Below are positions 27,920 through 39,563 of a DNA stretch of 64,000 nt, one piece after another. Below the pieces are notes generated by a model. It was given only the letters and a program-made list of their open reading frames with translations, did not search any database and was not told the origin of the DNA. Within the stretch, counting starts at the first letter, position 1, and the number at the start of each line of letters is the position of its first letter. The position numbers and the translations under genes were made by a program. The DNA comes from Christensenella sp. Lineage in GTDB: Bacteria; Bacillota; Clostridia; Christensenellales; CAG-138. The stretch covers positions 13,363 through 77,362 of the forward strand of contig JAYFQU010000015.1 in the NCBI GenBank assembly GCA_034926785.1. Direction: 5' to 3'.

Positions 27920-30900
27920 CAAAACTTGAACTCAACGGATTCAAATCCTTTGCGCGCAAGACCGAGATTCGCTTTGGTCAGGGCGTTACCGCCATCATCG
28001 GCCCCAACGGCAGCGGAAAGAGCAACATCTCCGACGCGGTGCGCTGGGTGCTCGGCGAACAGAGCGCAAAGGCGCTGCGTGGCGCGAAGATGGAGGACGT
28101 GATCTTTAACGGCACGCAGCTGAGAAAGGCGCTTGCCTACAGCGAAGTGACGCTGACGTTTGACAACAGCGACGGGCTGCTCAAGGTTCCGTTTGCGGAG
28201 GTTGCCATCACGCGGCGCGTATACCGCTCCGGCGAGAGCGAATACTGCATCAACCGTAACAATTGCCGCCTGAAGGATATCTCCGATCTTTTTTGTGACA
28301 CGGGTATCGGCAAGGACGGCTACTCCATCATCAGCCAGGGCAAGGTGGAGGAGATTCTCTCCAACAAGAGCGGGGACCGCAGAGCCGCTTTTGAGGAGGC
28401 CGCGGGCGTGATGCGCTACCGCGTGCGTAAGGAAGAGGCCGAGCGCAAACTCAATAACACCGAAAAAAACCTCGAACGAATCGAGGATATCTTAAAGGAA
28501 CTGGGCGACAGGCTCGCTCCTCTCGAGGAGCAGAGCGCGTCTGCGCGCGCCTATCTGCGCCTGCGGGATGAGTTGAAGGACCTTGAGGTCAACCTGTTTC
28601 TTTATCAATATGACCGTGTGCATGAGCGACTGGAGCAGATCACCGAAGCCATGCGCCAGATGACCGAGGAGCGCGACCTCGCGGAGGCGGGGGAAACCGC
28701 GCTGCTGGCAACCTGCGCCGCGCTGGAGGAACAGCTTCGCGTACTGGAAAGTTCGCTCAACGCACAGCAGAACAAACTCATGGGGTTGGTTTCCGAGGCG
28801 GAGACGCGCGTCGGCGCGAGCCATGTGCTCGCTGAGCGACGTGAAAACGCACTTGCGCAGCAGAAACGAATTGCGCAGGAGCGCGAGGCAAGTCAAGCGC
28901 GTTTCGATGAGCTGGGCGCGGTGATTGCGGGCATTCAGGCGGATGAGTCCGGCCAGGCGGCGCTGAACCTGATCGAAAAGGAGATGGAAGCGGCCGAAGC
29001 AAGGCTTGGCGCGCTCGATACGGAGATCTCCCAGCGCGAGGAAACCCTCGACATCATGAAAAACAGCATTATTGAAGCGATGAACCGTATGTCGGACTTT
29101 AAGTCCAGCGCGGCTCGCTTTGATACCATGAAGGCCTCGATTGGCGAGCGTCTCGCCGCCATAGAAGCTGAGGCCAAGCGACGTGCGGAGGAGACTGCGC
29201 GCCTGCGCGAGGAACTGGAAAACGCGAAGGAGCAGCACACGGTGGAAGCCGGACGTCTGGAACAGACCAGACGGGACTTTGAATCCTCCATCGAAAACCG
29301 CAGAAAGACGCTGGACTCTTTTACCGCGCTGCGCGAAGAGATCCAGCGGGACGAACAGGGCGTCGCCTCGATTCAGTCCCGCCTGCGCGTGTTGGACGAG
29401 ATGCAGCGCTCCCGCGAGGGATATTACGCGAGCGTAAAAAACATCCTGAAGGACGCGCCAAACGACGCAAAGCTTTCCCGCGCCATTGTGGGTGTGGTTG
29501 CGGAGCTGATTCGCGTGCCGAAGGAATATGAGATCGCAATCACAATGGCGCTGGGCAGCACGCTCCAAAACATCGTGACACCGACCGCCGAGGACGCGAA
29601 ATATGTGATCGAATATCTTCGCGCCAAGGACTATGGAAGGGCAACGCTGCTGCCAATGGCGTTGCTTAACCCCACGCGCATCACGCGCGAGGAGCGGGCG
29701 AACCTCAATATGCCGGGCTGCATCGGCGTGGCAAACGAGCTGATCGACTGCGACGAAAACGTGCGCAGCGTTATGGACTATCTGCTTTGCCGCACGATCA
29801 TCGTAAAGGACCTCAACGCGGGCATTGCGTTAAAAAACCGCACGCGCGGTGCGTTCCATATCGCGACGCTGGAAGGCGACATCATCAGCACCGGCGGTTC
29901 GATGAGCGGCGGCAGTCTGCAAAAGAACAGCTTCAATCTCTTAAGCCGTGAGCGCGAACTGCAGGAACTGCGCGACAAGCTCAAGAAGGCGGACGCCGCG
30001 CTGGAGGAGAAAAAACAGCGTCTAAGGACAGGAGAACAGGATGTGCTCCGCTGCGATATTCAAGTGGATTCCTTTCGGGACGCGGTGCATGCCTGCGAAA
30101 TTGCGGCGGCGAAACAAGCCGAACAGCTGGAGATCATCCGCAGGGATGTGGAGAACAGCGAATTGAATGAGCAGATGCTGACGGACGAACGGGTGCAGCT
30201 GAATGAAAACCTCAGCGAGGTAGAGCGAGAGCGCACGAGTGCGGGCGAACAGCAGTCCGATATTGAGCAGGGCAATGCCGCCACGCGGGAGGATGTTTCC
30301 CGCGCGCAGGGTGAACTCTACGAACTGCGCAAGCAGCGCGAAGCATTCGCGGGGGAGCTCACGGAGCAGAAAGTTCGCCGTATGGCTCTCTCGAAGGAGC
30401 GCGACGCGGTGTTTGCCGAGCAAAAGCGGCTCGTGACCGAGCACCGCGACCTGACGCAGCGCCTCGCTGCCTTGGAGCAGGAGGCGCAGGGGAACGAATC
30501 CGCGCTCTGCTCGATCGAACGGGAGTTGGCCGGCATGCGCGCCCAGATCGAGAGCGACAGCAAATTTACAAGTGCGGAAAAAGAAGCGCAGAGAAAGTTG
30601 GAGGAGGAACGGCAGACCCTCTCCGCCGCGCTCTACGAGCAACGCGCACGGCGCGAAGAACTGCTCGCCTCTACGCGCGACCTTTCGGAACGCATCCACA
30701 AACAGGAAATGACGCAGAGCCGCCTGGAGATGGAGCTTGGCGCCATGCAGGATCATATCTGGAATGAATATGATCTTACCTACGAAAACGCAGCCGCATT
30801 TAAGCGGGAGATCGCCGTTGGTTCCAGCAACACGCGCGTGAACGAGATCAAGCAGGAGATCAAGGGCCTGGGGGATATCAACCTTGGCTCGATTGAAGAA

Positions 30901-31503
30901 TATAAAAGCGTATTTGAGCGGCACAGCGAACTAAACATCCAGTGCGAAGACCTGCACAAGGCAAAACACGATCTTGAGACGCTGATTGTCGAGCTTACCG
31001 ACACGATGGAGACCGTGTTCATGCGCCAGTTTGCGCTGATTCAAGAGAATTTCTCCAGTACGTTTGCGGAGCTCTTCGGCGGCGGCCAGGCGGAACTGCG
31101 CCTTGCGGACAAGAATGATGTGCTCGGCTGTGACATCGACATCATCGCCCAGCCACCGGGCAAAAAGCTGCAGCTTTTAACACTGCTCTCCGGCGGCGAA
31201 CGCACGCTGACCGCTATTGCGCTGCTCTTTGCAATGCTCAAGCTCAAGCCTCCCGCGTTCTGCATGCTCGACGAGATCGAGTCCGCGCTGGACGAGGCGA
31301 ACGTCAGCCGCTTTGCGGACTATGTCAAACGCTATTCGGACGGAACGCAGTTTATCCTCATCACGCACCGCAAGGGGAGCATGGAGGTCTGCGACACCCT
31401 CTACGGTGTCTCGATGGAGGAAAAGGGCGTGAGCAAGGTCGTCTCCGCGCGCTTTGGCGAAAGCGGCATCGCAACCGCGCCGGAACAGGCGAGCGGACAA
31501 TAA
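27910..31503 (+). CDS. smc: Chromosome partition protein SMC
   Basis: Walker [10 protein letters not shown], long coiled coils, a hinge, and C-terminal LSGGERTL / [10 protein letters not shown]. 10-nt overlap with rnc. Confidence 0.97.
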   Translation: MRLTKLELNGFKSFARKTEIRFGQGVTAIIGPNGSGKSNISDAVRWVLGEQSAKALRGAKMEDVIFNGTQLRKALAYSEVTLTFDNSDGLLKVPFAEVAITRRVYRSGESEYCINRNNCRLKDISDLFCDTGIGKDGYSIISQGKVEEILSNKSGDRRAAFEEAAGVMRYRVRKEEAERKLNNTEKNLERIEDILKELGDRLAPLEEQSASARAYLRLRDELKDLEVNLFLYQYDRVHERLEQITEAMRQMTEERDLAEAGETALLATCAALEEQLRVLESSLNAQQNKLMGLVSEAETRVGASHVLAERRENALAQQKRIAQEREASQARFDELGAVIAGIQADESGQAALNLIEKEMEAAEARLGALDTEISQREETLDIMKNSIIEAMNRMSDFKSSAARFDTMKASIGERLAAIEAEAKRRAEETARLREELENAKEQHTVEAGRLEQTRRDFESSIENRRKTLDSFTALREEIQRDEQGVASIQSRLRVLDEMQRSREGYYASVKNILKDAPNDAKLSRAIVGVVAELIRVPKEYEIAITMALGSTLQNIVTPTAEDAKYVIEYLRAKDYGRATLLPMALLNPTRITREERANLNMPGCIGVANELIDCDENVRSVMDYLLCRTIIVKDLNAGIALKNRTRGAFHIATLEGDIISTGGSMSGGSLQKNSFNLLSRERELQELRDKLKKADAALEEKKQRLRTGEQDVLRCDIQVDSFRDAVHACEIAAAKQAEQLEIIRRDVENSELNEQMLTDERVQLNENLSEVERERTSAGEQQSDIEQGNAATREDVSRAQGELYELRKQREAFAGELTEQKVRRMALSKERDAVFAEQKRLVTEHRDLTQRLAALEQEAQGNESALCSIERELAGMRAQIESDSKFTSAEKEAQRKLEEERQTLSAALYEQRARREELLASTRDLSERIHKQEMTQSRLEMELGAMQDHIWNEYDLTYENAAAFKREIAVGSSNTRVNEIKQEIKGLGDINLGSIEEYKSVFERHSELNIQCEDLHKAKHDLETLIVELTDTMETVFMRQFALIQENFSSTFAELFGGGQAELRLADKNDVLGCDIDIIAQPPGKKLQLLTLLSGGERTLTAIALLFAMLKLKPPAFCMLDEIESALDEANVSRFADYVKRYSDGTQFILITHRKGSMEVCDTLYGVSMEEKGVSKVVSARFGESGIATAPEQASGQ

Positions 31504-31530
31504 TCCAACGACAGGATAACGGGACAGTAA

Positions 31531-32448
31531 ATGGAAAAGAAATCGATTTTCAATAAATGGAAAACCGGCCTCGGCAAAACGCGCACAGGGCTGCTCGCGC
31601 GGCTCTTCGCCTCCAGAGAAGGCATTAACGAGGCGTTTTATGAGGAGCTGGAAGAGGCGCTGATTCTCGCCGACGCGGGCGCGGCGACCACGGAACGGCT
31701 GCTCGACGCGCTCCAAGCCGTCATCAGGGAAAAGAAGCTGACCGACCGCGCCAGTGCGAAAAAAGAGTTGGCGGCTCTGATTGCCGAGACCGTGACCAGC
31801 AAAAAAACATTTTCTCCGGAGTCCGGCGCGGCGGTGGTGCTCATCGTCGGCGTCAACGGCGTCGGCAAAACCACGAGTGTCGGCAAGCTCGCCAACAGCT
31901 ATCGTGAGCAAGGGCGGAAGGTCATGCTTGCTGCGGCGGATACCTTCCGCGCGGCTGCGGCGGAGCAGCTCGGCGAGTGGGCGAGGCGTGCGAATGTCCC
32001 TATGGTGAAGCATGGCGAAGGGGCGGACCCTGCGGCGGTGGTGTTTGACGCAATTGCCAGCTACAAGGCCAAGGGCTGCGATCTGCTGCTCTGCGACACG
32101 GCGGGGCGGCTGCACAACAAGGCCAACCTGATGAACGAACTCGGCAAGATTCGCCGCGTGATCTCCCGCGAGCTGCCGGAGATTCCCTGTGAAACCCTTT
32201 TGGTGCTGGATGCGGTAACGGGACAAAACGCCGTGATGCAGGCAAAGGCGTTTTCCGAGGTCTGCCAGCTCGATGGCGTGATTTTAACCAAGCTCGACGG
32301 CACGGCAAAGGGCGGCGTGGTGATCTCCATCTGCGAAGAACTGCATGTGCCCGTGCGGTTTGTCGGCGTCGGTGAGGGGATTGACGACCTGCAGCCGTTT
32401 GATGCGCAGCTTTTTGCCGAGGCGCTGCTTGCAAACGAAGCGGATTGA
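31531..32448 (+). CDS. ftsY: Signal recognition particle receptor FtsY
   Basis: NG domain with GVNGVGKTTSVGKLA, DTAGR and TKLDGTAKGG. Confidence 0.95.
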   Translation: MEKKSIFNKWKTGLGKTRTGLLARLFASREGINEAFYEELEEALILADAGAATTERLLDALQAVIREKKLTDRASAKKELAALIAETVTSKKTFSPESGAAVVLIVGVNGVGKTTSVGKLANSYREQGRKVMLAAADTFRAAAAEQLGEWARRANVPMVKHGEGADPAAVVFDAIASYKAKGCDLLLCDTAGRLHNKANLMNELGKIRRVISRELPEIPCETLLVLDAVTGQNAVMQAKAFSEVCQLDGVILTKLDGTAKGGVVISICEELHVPVRFVGVGEGIDDLQPFDAQLFAEALLANEAD

Positions 32449-32480
32449 CAAAAAAACATCCGGTTTTTGAAGAATACAGC

Positions 32481-32508
32481 TTGACTTTTTCGCCTGTCAC
32501 CGTATAAT
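32481..32508 (+). promoter_or_regulatory. Sigma-A-type promoter for ylxM-ffh
   Basis: TTGACT (32481-32486), 16-nt spacer, TATAAT (32503-32508). Confidence 0.6.
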
Positions 32509-32547
32509 AGGTACGGTGTAAAGTAATTTTGCTTTACAGGTGAAAAC

Positions 32548-32883
32548 ATGGATCGATTGATAGAACTTGGGCAATTGCTGGACTGGTATGGCGCTTTTTT
32601 AACCGAGCGCCAGCGTTCGCTTGTGCGGCAGTATACCAACGAGGACTGCTCGCTCAGAGAGATTGCTGAACGCGAGGGAATCTCGCGCCAGGCGGTACGG
32701 GACGCGATCCACAAGGCCGAAGCGGAACTCAAAGATATGGAAGAAAAGCTCGGCCTGATTTCAACCAATCAAAGCATGCGCGCGCTGCTGAAAGATCTCT
32801 GCAAGACGCAGCTCACGATACAGCAAAAGAACCTGATTGACCAATTGACCGAATTGGTTTCGGAGGAAGACGATGGCGTTTGA
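32548..32883 (+). CDS. ylxM: YlxM (UPF0122) putative HTH DNA-binding protein
   Basis: LLDWYGAFLTERQRSLVRQYTNEDCSLREIAEREGISRQAVRDAI. Upstream of ffh, as in Firmicutes. Confidence 0.88.
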   Translation: MDRLIELGQLLDWYGAFLTERQRSLVRQYTNEDCSLREIAEREGISRQAVRDAIHKAEAELKDMEEKLGLISTNQSMRALLKDLCKTQLTIQQKNLIDQLTELVSEEDDGV

Positions 32884-34207
32884 AGGCGTCTCACAAAAAC
32901 TGCAAGCGGTATTCAAGCGGCTGAACTCACGCGGAAAACTCACCGAGGGCGACGTGAAGGAAGCCATGCGCGAGATCAAGCTTGCCTTGTTGGAAGCGGA
33001 CGTCAACTTCATGGTTGTCAAGGACTTTGTCAAGGTCGTCACCGACCGCGCTGTCGGCAGCGAGGTGCTGGAGAGCCTGACGCCCGGGCAGCAGGTCATC
33101 AAAATCGTCAACGAAGAGCTCACGCGCCTCATGGGCGGCGAACATGCCAAGCTGGAGTTCGGCAACCAGAAACCCGCGGTAATCTTAATGGCCGGTCTTC
33201 AAGGCGCGGGCAAGACCACTATGTGTGGCAAGCTCGGCGGATATATTCAAAAGCATTACGGCAAGCGCGTTCTGCTCGCCGCCTGCGATATCTATCGTCC
33301 TGCCGCGATCCAGCAGTTGCAGATCGTCGGCGACAAACTCGAAATTCCCGTCTACGAACATGGCACGCAAAACCCGGTGCTCACCGCTAAAGAGGCGATT
33401 GCAGAGGCAAAGCGAAAGTTTATCGACGTGGTCATTGTCGATACCGCGGGCCGCCTGCATATCGATGCGGACATGATGGAGGAGCTCAAGCGGATTCGCG
33501 ACGCGGTCACCCCCGCGGAGATCCTACTCGTTGTGGACGCCATGACGGGTCAGGACGCGGTCAACGTCGCCAAGAGCTTTCACGAGACCATCGCGCTCAC
33601 GGGCGTAATTCTCACCAAGCTGGATGGCGACACGCGCGGCGGCGCGGCGCTGTCGGTTCGCTCTGTCACCGGGAAACCCATCAAGTTCTCAGGCATCGGC
33701 GAAAAGCTCAGCGACATCGAGCCGTTCCATCCCGATCGGATGGCGAGCCGCATCCTAGGCATGGGCGATATGCTGACCCTGATCGAAAAGGCGCAGAGCG
33801 CGTTCGACGAGAAAAAAGCGTTGGAGATGACCGAGAAGCTGAAAACCAACTCCTTCACGCTGGACGATTTTCTCGACCAGATGGATCAGATGAAGAATCT
33901 CGGCTCTATGGACGAAATCCTCAAGATGATCCCCGGCATGGACGCGGGCAAGCTTGGCAATGTCCAGGTGGACGAAAAGCAGATGGCGCGTACCCGCGCA
34001 ATCATCCAGAGCATGACCAAGGCGGAGCGCAAGGATCCCGATATCCTCACTGCAAGCCGCAGGAAGCGTATTGCACGCGGCAGCGGCACGAGCGTACAGG
34101 AGGTTAACCGCCTGATGAATCAGTTCAATGCCTCGCGGCAGATGATGAAGCAGATGAGCGGGCGAATGAAAAAAGGCAAGCGCGGCGGGTTTCCGTTTGG
34201 GTTCTGA
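32873..34207 (+). CDS. ffh: Signal recognition particle protein Ffh (SRP54)
   Basis: GLQGAGKTT, DTAGR and TKLDGDTRGG motifs, plus a Met-rich M domain. Confidence 0.97.
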   Translation: MAFEGVSQKLQAVFKRLNSRGKLTEGDVKEAMREIKLALLEADVNFMVVKDFVKVVTDRAVGSEVLESLTPGQQVIKIVNEELTRLMGGEHAKLEFGNQKPAVILMAGLQGAGKTTMCGKLGGYIQKHYGKRVLLAACDIYRPAAIQQLQIVGDKLEIPVYEHGTQNPVLTAKEAIAEAKRKFIDVVIVDTAGRLHIDADMMEELKRIRDAVTPAEILLVVDAMTGQDAVNVAKSFHETIALTGVILTKLDGDTRGGAALSVRSVTGKPIKFSGIGEKLSDIEPFHPDRMASRILGMGDMLTLIEKAQSAFDEKKALEMTEKLKTNSFTLDDFLDQMDQMKNLGSMDEILKMIPGMDAGKLGNVQVDEKQMARTRAIIQSMTKAERKDPDILTASRRKRIARGSGTSVQEVNRLMNQFNASRQMMKQMSGRMKKGKRGGFPFGF

Positions 34208-34289
34208 ACCACTCGATTTCACTGGGCGAATCACGTTTTGACGTATTCGATATAAAAAACTACATCATATTATTTGGAGGAAGCATACA

Positions 34290-34532
34290 ATGCTCAAGAT
34301 CAGACTTCGCCGCATGGGCGCGAAAAAAGCACCGTTCTACCGTATCGTCGTTGCGGATTCCCGCGCGCCGCGCGATGGCGCATTCGTAGAAGAGATCGGC
34401 TACTACAATCCCCTCTCGAACCCCGTTGAGCTGACCGTGAACAACGAGCACGCAGCCGAATGGATCAAGAAGGGCGCGCAGCCGACGGACACCGTTCGTG
34501 CGCTGCTGAAGAAGAGCGGCGCCATCGAGTGA
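34290..34532 (+). CDS. rpsP: 30S ribosomal protein S16
   Basis: [30 protein letters not shown]. Confidence 0.96.
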   Translation: MLKIRLRRMGAKKAPFYRIVVADSRAPRDGAFVEEIGYYNPLSNPVELTVNNEHAAEWIKKGAQPTDTVRALLKKSGAIE

Positions 34533-34540
34533 GGCCGCAA

Positions 34541-34774
34541 ATGGAGGAACTCGTACGCTTTATCGCGAGAAACCTCGTCGATGAGCCGGATTCCGTAGTG
34601 GTTTCTTCACGCGAAGAAGGAGACACTGTCATCATCTCCCTCTCCGTCGCGCAGACCGATATGGGCAAGGTCATCGGCAGGCAGGGACGCATCGCCAAGG
34701 CGATTCGAACGGTTGTAAAGGCCGCGAGCGTCCGCGAAGACAAGAAGTACATGGTTGATATCATCGAGCAGTAA
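34541..34774 (+). CDS. khpA: KH-domain RNA-binding protein (KhpA/YlqC)
   Basis: MGKVIGRQGRIAKAIRTVV (GxxG KH motif). ATG at 34541. Confidence 0.88.
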   Translation: MEELVRFIARNLVDEPDSVVVSSREEGDTVIISLSVAQTDMGKVIGRQGRIAKAIRTVVKAASVREDKKYMVDIIEQ

Positions 34775-34821
34775 TGCCGATGAGTCGCCGGTTCTGAAGA
34801 AACAAGTCAGGAAAAGCGAAA

Positions 34822-35343
34822 TTGAAGAACGAATACCTGCGCGTCGGCCAGATCGTCCGTGCGCACGGCGTACGCGGAGATGTCAAGCTCATCCCGCTTA
34901 CGGACGATCCGGCGCGGTTTCGCGCCATTAAAACGGCATATCTCGAAACAACGACAGGCGCATATGCGCCTGTTGCGGTAAGTGACGCGCGGATTGCGCC
35001 GGATGCGGTGCTAGTGCATATTGAGGGCGTGGATACCGTAGAACAGGCGGAGGCGCTGAAGAACCGATATCTCTGCGTCAACCGCGAGAATGCGGTCAAA
35101 CTCAAGAAGGACACCTATTTTGTAGCCGACCTCATCGGCTGCGAAACGTTCGACACCAATGGTAAGCGATACGGCAAGCTCACTGATGTGCTGGAGACCG
35201 GCGCAATTGACGTTTACGAGATGGAAAACGGGAAGCTGCTCGTGCCCGCGCTGAAGAAGTTGCTGCACGAGGTGGATGTGGAGCGCGGACGCATCGTGTT
35301 CAACGCGGATGTGCTGGAGGAGGTCGGCTGCTTTGCGGATTGA
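34822..35343 (+). CDS. rimM: 16S rRNA processing protein RimM
   Basis: [18 protein letters not shown]... plus a PRC-barrel C terminus. TTG start. Confidence 0.9.
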   Translation: MKNEYLRVGQIVRAHGVRGDVKLIPLTDDPARFRAIKTAYLETTTGAYAPVAVSDARIAPDAVLVHIEGVDTVEQAEALKNRYLCVNRENAVKLKKDTYFVADLIGCETFDTNGKRYGKLTDVLETGAIDVYEMENGKLLVPALKKLLHEVDVERGRIVFNADVLEEVGCFAD

Positions 35344-36052
35344 CATTCTCACGCTGTTTCCTGAGATGTTCGAGGGCGTTCTGTCCGCGAGCATGCTTGG
35401 GCGCGCGCAAACGAACGGACTCATCGACATCCGTGTGCACAATATCCGCGATTACACGGACAATAAACACAGGAAAGCCGACGACTATCCCTTCGGCGGC
35501 GGTGCGGGGCTGGTGATGATGGCACAACCCATCTACGACTGCATGGAGGCCGTGCTGGAGGGGGAGAAGGCGAGACGAATCCTGCTTACCCCGCGAGGGA
35601 AAACGCTGAATCAAAGCATCGCAAAGATACTTGCCGCGGAAGAACGGCTGATCTTGCTCTGCGGGCATTATGAGGGCGTGGATGAGCGCGTGATGGAGAT
35701 CATCGACGACGAAGTATCCATCGGAGACTATGTGCTCACCGGCGGAGAGCTGCCCGCGATGGTGCTCGTTGACTGCGTCAGCCGCCTGATTCCGGGGGTG
35801 CTGGGCAGCGAAGAGAGCGCCGCGGACGAGTCCTTTTCCGAAAATCTGCTGGAATACCCGCAATATACCAGACCCGCGAATTTTCGCGGAATGGAGGTGC
35901 CGGAGATTCTGCTTAACGGGCATCATGCAAAAATTCAGGCCTGGAGGCTCGAACAGGCGCAGCGCAAGACCGCGCTGAACCGCCCAGATCTCCTGACGCA
36001 GCGCACGGAAGCGGGGGAGGAGATCGACGCGCCGGATGACGCCTGGCTATAG
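35333..36052 (+). CDS. trmD: tRNA (guanine37-N1)-methyltransferase TrmD
   Basis: (M)[16 protein letters not shown]..., [18 protein letters not shown] at 35333 behind ggaggagg; overlaps rimM by 11 nt. Confidence 0.93.
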   Translation: MRIDILTLFPEMFEGVLSASMLGRAQTNGLIDIRVHNIRDYTDNKHRKADDYPFGGGAGLVMMAQPIYDCMEAVLEGEKARRILLTPRGKTLNQSIAKILAAEERLILLCGHYEGVDERVMEIIDDEVSIGDYVLTGGELPAMVLVDCVSRLIPGVLGSEESAADESFSENLLEYPQYTRPANFRGMEVPEILLNGHHAKIQAWRLEQAQRKTALNRPDLLTQRTEAGEEIDAPDDAWL

Positions 36053-36154
36053 CATTACGCGAATGGGAAAGCATTCTTAGACAATCTCGAACCGGGATTG
36101 TTTTGTTTTTGACAAGGAGCGCGCCGCAAATACGCGGCGCAGGAAGCATTGTTT

Positions 36155-37021
36155 ATGAAGGAATCCACAAAAGGCACGATCGCCATGATTGCAACCGCTC
36201 TGCTCTGGAGCATCGGCGGCATTTTCATTAAGCTAGTTCCCTGGAATCCGCTTGCTATCGCCGGGATTCGCGGTGTTCTGGGCGGGCTTGTGATGTACGT
36301 TTACCTGCGCATGCGCGGGATCAAGCCCGTGATCAATCGGGACACGATTAAGATTGCCATTGCGCTCGCGGGCGTTTGCACCACATTCGTTGCGGCAAAC
36401 AAGCTCACCACCGCGGCAAACGCGATCGTGATTCAATACTGCGCGCCGGTTTACGTGCTGCTCTATATCGCTTTTGTACAGAAGAAAAAACTTAGGCCGC
36501 TGGATATCGCGGTGGTGCCGATCACGATCCTCGGCGTCTCGCTCTGCTTTGTCGGACAGATGGGCAAGGGGCACCTTGCGGGAGACATCGTTGCGGTGAT
36601 TTCCGGCGTGTTCTTCGCGGCGATGTTTATCTTCAGCGAGGGGGTCAGCGACCAAACCCGCGCGAGCGGCATCATGCAAGGACAGTTTTTAACCGCTATG
36701 ATCGGCCTCCCGGTGTTTTTTGCGACCAAACCCGTGTTTACGACAGCGGCGATCGGCGGCATTCTGATCCTCGGCATTTTCCAGATCGGCATTGCATATG
36801 TGCTCTACAGCATCGCGATCAAGCGTGCGCCGCTGCTCACCTGCTCGCTGCTGGCGGTGTTGGAGCCGCTCCTAAATCCCGTTTGGGTGTTCCTCTTTGC
36901 AGGCGAGAACCCTGGCATCTGGTCTTTGGTCGGCGGGGTGATCGTGGTGGTTGTAATCACGCTCTGGTATGTTTACGACGCGCGTCAGGCAAAGGCAGAG
37001 CCCCAGCCGAACCCCGCATAA
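36155..37021 (+). CDS. EamA/DMT-superfamily transporter
   Basis: About 10 hydrophobic helices with two EamA-like halves. ATG 36155 behind aggaag (TTG 36149 is also possible). Confidence 0.75.
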   Translation: MKESTKGTIAMIATALLWSIGGIFIKLVPWNPLAIAGIRGVLGGLVMYVYLRMRGIKPVINRDTIKIAIALAGVCTTFVAANKLTTAANAIVIQYCAPVYVLLYIAFVQKKKLRPLDIAVVPITILGVSLCFVGQMGKGHLAGDIVAVISGVFFAAMFIFSEGVSDQTRASGIMQGQFLTAMIGLPVFFATKPVFTTAAIGGILILGIFQIGIAYVLYSIAIKRAPLLTCSLLAVLEPLLNPVWVFLFAGENPGIWSLVGGVIVVVVITLWYVYDARQAKAEPQPNPA

Positions 37022-37059
37022 AATCTGCAAAAAACGGCCTTGTCCCGGATAAAAACAGC

Positions 37060-37089
37060 TTGCAAAGCGGGACACAGCTGTGTTATAAT
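37060..37089 (+). promoter_or_regulatory. Sigma-A-type promoter (extended -10) for rplS
   Basis: TTGCAA (37060-37065), 18-nt spacer, TGtTATAAT (37081-37089). Confidence 0.6.
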
Positions 37090-37169
37090 CGCGCTTGTGA
37101 CATCGGGCGGTCCTCTGTTCGGCTTTAGAAGTATGAACGCCTGGCAAACTGAAAGGAGAATATTTCATA

Positions 37170-37532
37170 ATGTCGAACATCATTCAGGAACTCGAAAAGG
37201 AACAACTGCGCACAGACCTGCCGGAGCTTGAGGTTGGCGATACCGTTCGCGTATTCGTGAAGGTTATCGAAGGTAACCGCGAGCGCCTCCAGAACTTCGA
37301 AGGCGTGGTCATCAAGATTCAGGGCGGCGGCGTGCGCAAGAGCTTCACCGTCCGCCGTATCTCCTACGGCGTAGGCGTAGAGAGAACCTTCCCCTACAAC
37401 AGCCCGCGCATCGGCCGCATTGAGCTGGTTCGCCACGGCGTTGTGCGCCGCGCAAAGCTCTTCTATCTGCGTGACCTCTCCGGTAAAGCGGCGAAGATTC
37501 GCGAGCGCATCGAAGACAAGAGCAACAACTAA
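37170..37532 (+). CDS. rplS: 50S ribosomal protein L19
   Basis: [29 protein letters not shown]...[10 protein letters not shown]. Confidence 0.97.
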   Translation: MSNIIQELEKEQLRTDLPELEVGDTVRVFVKVIEGNRERLQNFEGVVIKIQGGGVRKSFTVRRISYGVGVERTFPYNSPRIGRIELVRHGVVRRAKLFYLRDLSGKAAKIRERIEDKSNN

Positions 37533-37540
37533 GTCAAAAA

Positions 37541-37575
37541 AACAGGGATCAAACCCCTCTGCCAAAACTGGCACC
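37541..37575 (+). terminator. Rho-independent terminator/attenuator after rplS
   Basis: aaacccc ... ggggttt stem with an inner gcc/ggc, then TTTTT. Confidence 0.6.
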
Positions 37576-37606
37576 GGGGTTTTTCCATGTTTGGAGGAGA
37601 AAGACA

Positions 37607-38461
37607 ATGCCTGCCATCAACTGGTATCCCGGGCATATGGCGAAAACCCGCCGCATGCTGCAAGAAAACTTGAGAATGATCGACGTCGTGGTTGAGATTC
37701 TGGATGCGCGCGCGCCGCTGGCCTCGCGCAACCCGGATTTTGACGACCTTTTTGCGGGCAAAGCGCGCGTGGTGCTGCTCAACAAGAGCGATCTGGCGGA
37801 TCCGAACGCGACCAAACGCTGGATTTCGCATTTTGCGCGGCGCGGCATCGAGGCGGCGGGCGTAAGCGCGACTGGCGGGGCGGCAAAGAAGACTGCGGTT
37901 TCACTGATTGAAAAGGCCGCCAAACCGCGCGTGGACGCGATGAAGCTCAAGGGCGTCAACAAGACGGTGCGTTGCATGATTGTCGGCATTCCCAATGTTG
38001 GAAAGTCCACGCTGATCAACCGTATTGCGGGGCAAAACCGAGCGGAAGTCGGCGATAAGCCGGGCGTCACGCGCGGCAAGCAATGGGTGAAGATCACGCC
38101 CTATCTGGAGCTTATGGATACGCCGGGCATGCTTTGGCCAAAGCTCGCGGATCAGGAGCTCGCGAAACACCTTGCGTTTTTAGGCTCCATTCGGGACGAG
38201 ATTATGGATTCCGAGGAGCTGGCGGCGGACCTACTGGCCCTGCTGCAGCAGATGACGCCCGCGAAGCTCAGCGAACGCTACGGCAAGCTGACCGCCGAAA
38301 CGCCGAAGGAGGATTTGCTCAGCGCGGTCTGCCGCAGCCGCGGCTTCCTGCTGCGTGGCGGCGAACTGGATACCGAACGCGCGGCGTATGTTGCGCTGGA
38401 CGAGTTTCGAGCGGGCAAGATTTCGCGCGTGACGCTTGAGCAGCCGGAGGCAGGGGTATGA
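37607..38461 (+). CDS. rbgA: Ribosome biogenesis GTPase A (YlqF/RbgA)
   Basis: WYPGHMAKTRRMLQENLRMIDVVVEILDARAP, and the circularly permuted GTPase motifs NKSD...GIPNVGKST. Confidence 0.93.
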   Translation: MPAINWYPGHMAKTRRMLQENLRMIDVVVEILDARAPLASRNPDFDDLFAGKARVVLLNKSDLADPNATKRWISHFARRGIEAAGVSATGGAAKKTAVSLIEKAAKPRVDAMKLKGVNKTVRCMIVGIPNVGKSTLINRIAGQNRAEVGDKPGVTRGKQWVKITPYLELMDTPGMLWPKLADQELAKHLAFLGSIRDEIMDSEELAADLLALLQQMTPAKLSERYGKLTAETPKEDLLSAVCRSRGFLLRGGELDTERAAYVALDEFRAGKISRVTLEQPEAGV

Positions 38462-39084
38462 GCCGCCCGTCGGAACGGGAACGGCTGGAGCAGCTTGCTG
38501 CGCCGGACCGCGTCTTTTGGGGCCGGGAGGGGACCGTTCTGGCGGGGATGGACGAGGTAGGACGCGGCCCGCTCGCAGGGCCGGTCGTCGTCTGCTGCGC
38601 CGCGATGCCTCCAGAGCCGCTGATTGCGCGCGTAAACGATTCCAAGCAGGTTTCAGAGCTGCGCAGGGAGGCGCTCTTTCCTGCGCTGACGGAAACGGCA
38701 CTGGGGTATTCGCTGGGCTGGGTCGGTGCGGATGTGATCAACGAGATCAATATTTTGCAGGCAACGAAGCTCGCTTTTCAGCGGGCGTTTGAAGCAATGC
38801 CGATTCTTGTAACGGACGTGCTGATTGACGCGGTTGAGAACCTGAAGATTTCCGCGCGACAGCACCCGATCATCCATGGCGACCAATTGAGCTATAGCAT
38901 CGCCTGTGCTTCCATCATCGCGAAGGTGACGCGGGATCGGTACATGGTGGAGCAGGACGCGCTCTATCCGCAGTACGGGTTTGCGCGGCACAAGGGCTAT
39001 GGTACGAAAGAACACATTGCCGCGCTGAAAAAATACGGCCCTTGCCCGCTGCACCGCGAACTGTTCGTCAGGAAATATGTATGA
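38458..39084 (+). CDS. rnhB: Ribonuclease HII
   Basis: AGMDEVGRGPLAGPVV, DSKQ, HKGYGT. ATGA overlap with rbgA. Confidence 0.93.
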   Translation: MSRPSERERLEQLAAPDRVFWGREGTVLAGMDEVGRGPLAGPVVVCCAAMPPEPLIARVNDSKQVSELRREALFPALTETALGYSLGWVGADVINEINILQATKLAFQRAFEAMPILVTDVLIDAVENLKISARQHPIIHGDQLSYSIACASIIAKVTRDRYMVEQDALYPQYGFARHKGYGTKEHIAALKKYGPCPLHRELFVRKYV

Positions 39085-39434
39085 GCACCACCTCGATTGG
39101 GCGTGGCGGCGAGATGCTCGCAAGAGAGTTTTTAGAGCGCAGGGGATATATCCTCCTGCGGCAGAACTATCGCAACGGACCGCGGGAAATTGACCTTGTG
39201 ATGCGGGATCAGGATTCTATCGTCTTTGTCGAGGTTAAGGCGCGCTCCCAGACGCGTTACGGCACTCCGGCGGAGTTTGTTACAACCGCGAAGAAACGTC
39301 AGCTTACGCTCGCGGCCGAGGCGTATTTAATGGAAGAAAACTTATGGAACGCGCCCGCGCGCTTTGATGTCGTGGAGGTCTACCTCGCGAGCGGGCAGGT
39401 GAACCACATCGAAAACGCGTTTGACGCAACGTAG
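39081..39434 (+). CDS. yraN: YraN-family (UPF0102) endonuclease-like protein
   Basis: GEMLAREFLERRGYILLRQNYRNGPREIDLVMRD..IVFVEVKAR. ATGA overlap with rnhB. Confidence 0.88.
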   Translation: MSTTSIGRGGEMLAREFLERRGYILLRQNYRNGPREIDLVMRDQDSIVFVEVKARSQTRYGTPAEFVTTAKKRQLTLAAEAYLMEENLWNAPARFDVVEVYLASGQVNHIENAFDAT

Positions 39435-39464
39435 GCAACGGATGGCCGCTGACACAAAAAATAC

Positions 39465-39502
39465 AAGCTCACGCCGCATCCATGCGGTTGAGCTTTTTTT
39501 TG
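39465..39502 (+). terminator. Rho-independent terminator after yraN
   Basis: aagctca..ccgca / tgcgg..tgagctt stem, then TTTTTTTT. Confidence 0.8.
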
Positions 39503-39515
39503 ATTGTGATATACT
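39488..39515 (+). promoter_or_regulatory. Candidate promoter of the GT-C/GtrA unit
   Basis: TTGAGC (39488-39493), 16-nt spacer, TGaTATACT (39507-39515). The -35 overlaps the terminator's 3' arm. Confidence 0.35.
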
Positions 39516-39563
39516 GTTTGGGAATTCATTGAACCTGTAATGGGATGTGGAAAGGATACGTGC

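Noticed and set aside
37090-37169. Possible ribosomal-protein L19 leader motif upstream of rplS
   Set aside because: I could only find a weak ggcg/cgcc pairing by eye and cannot confirm the Rfam L19_leader fold without a covariance-model search. It is left unannotated.
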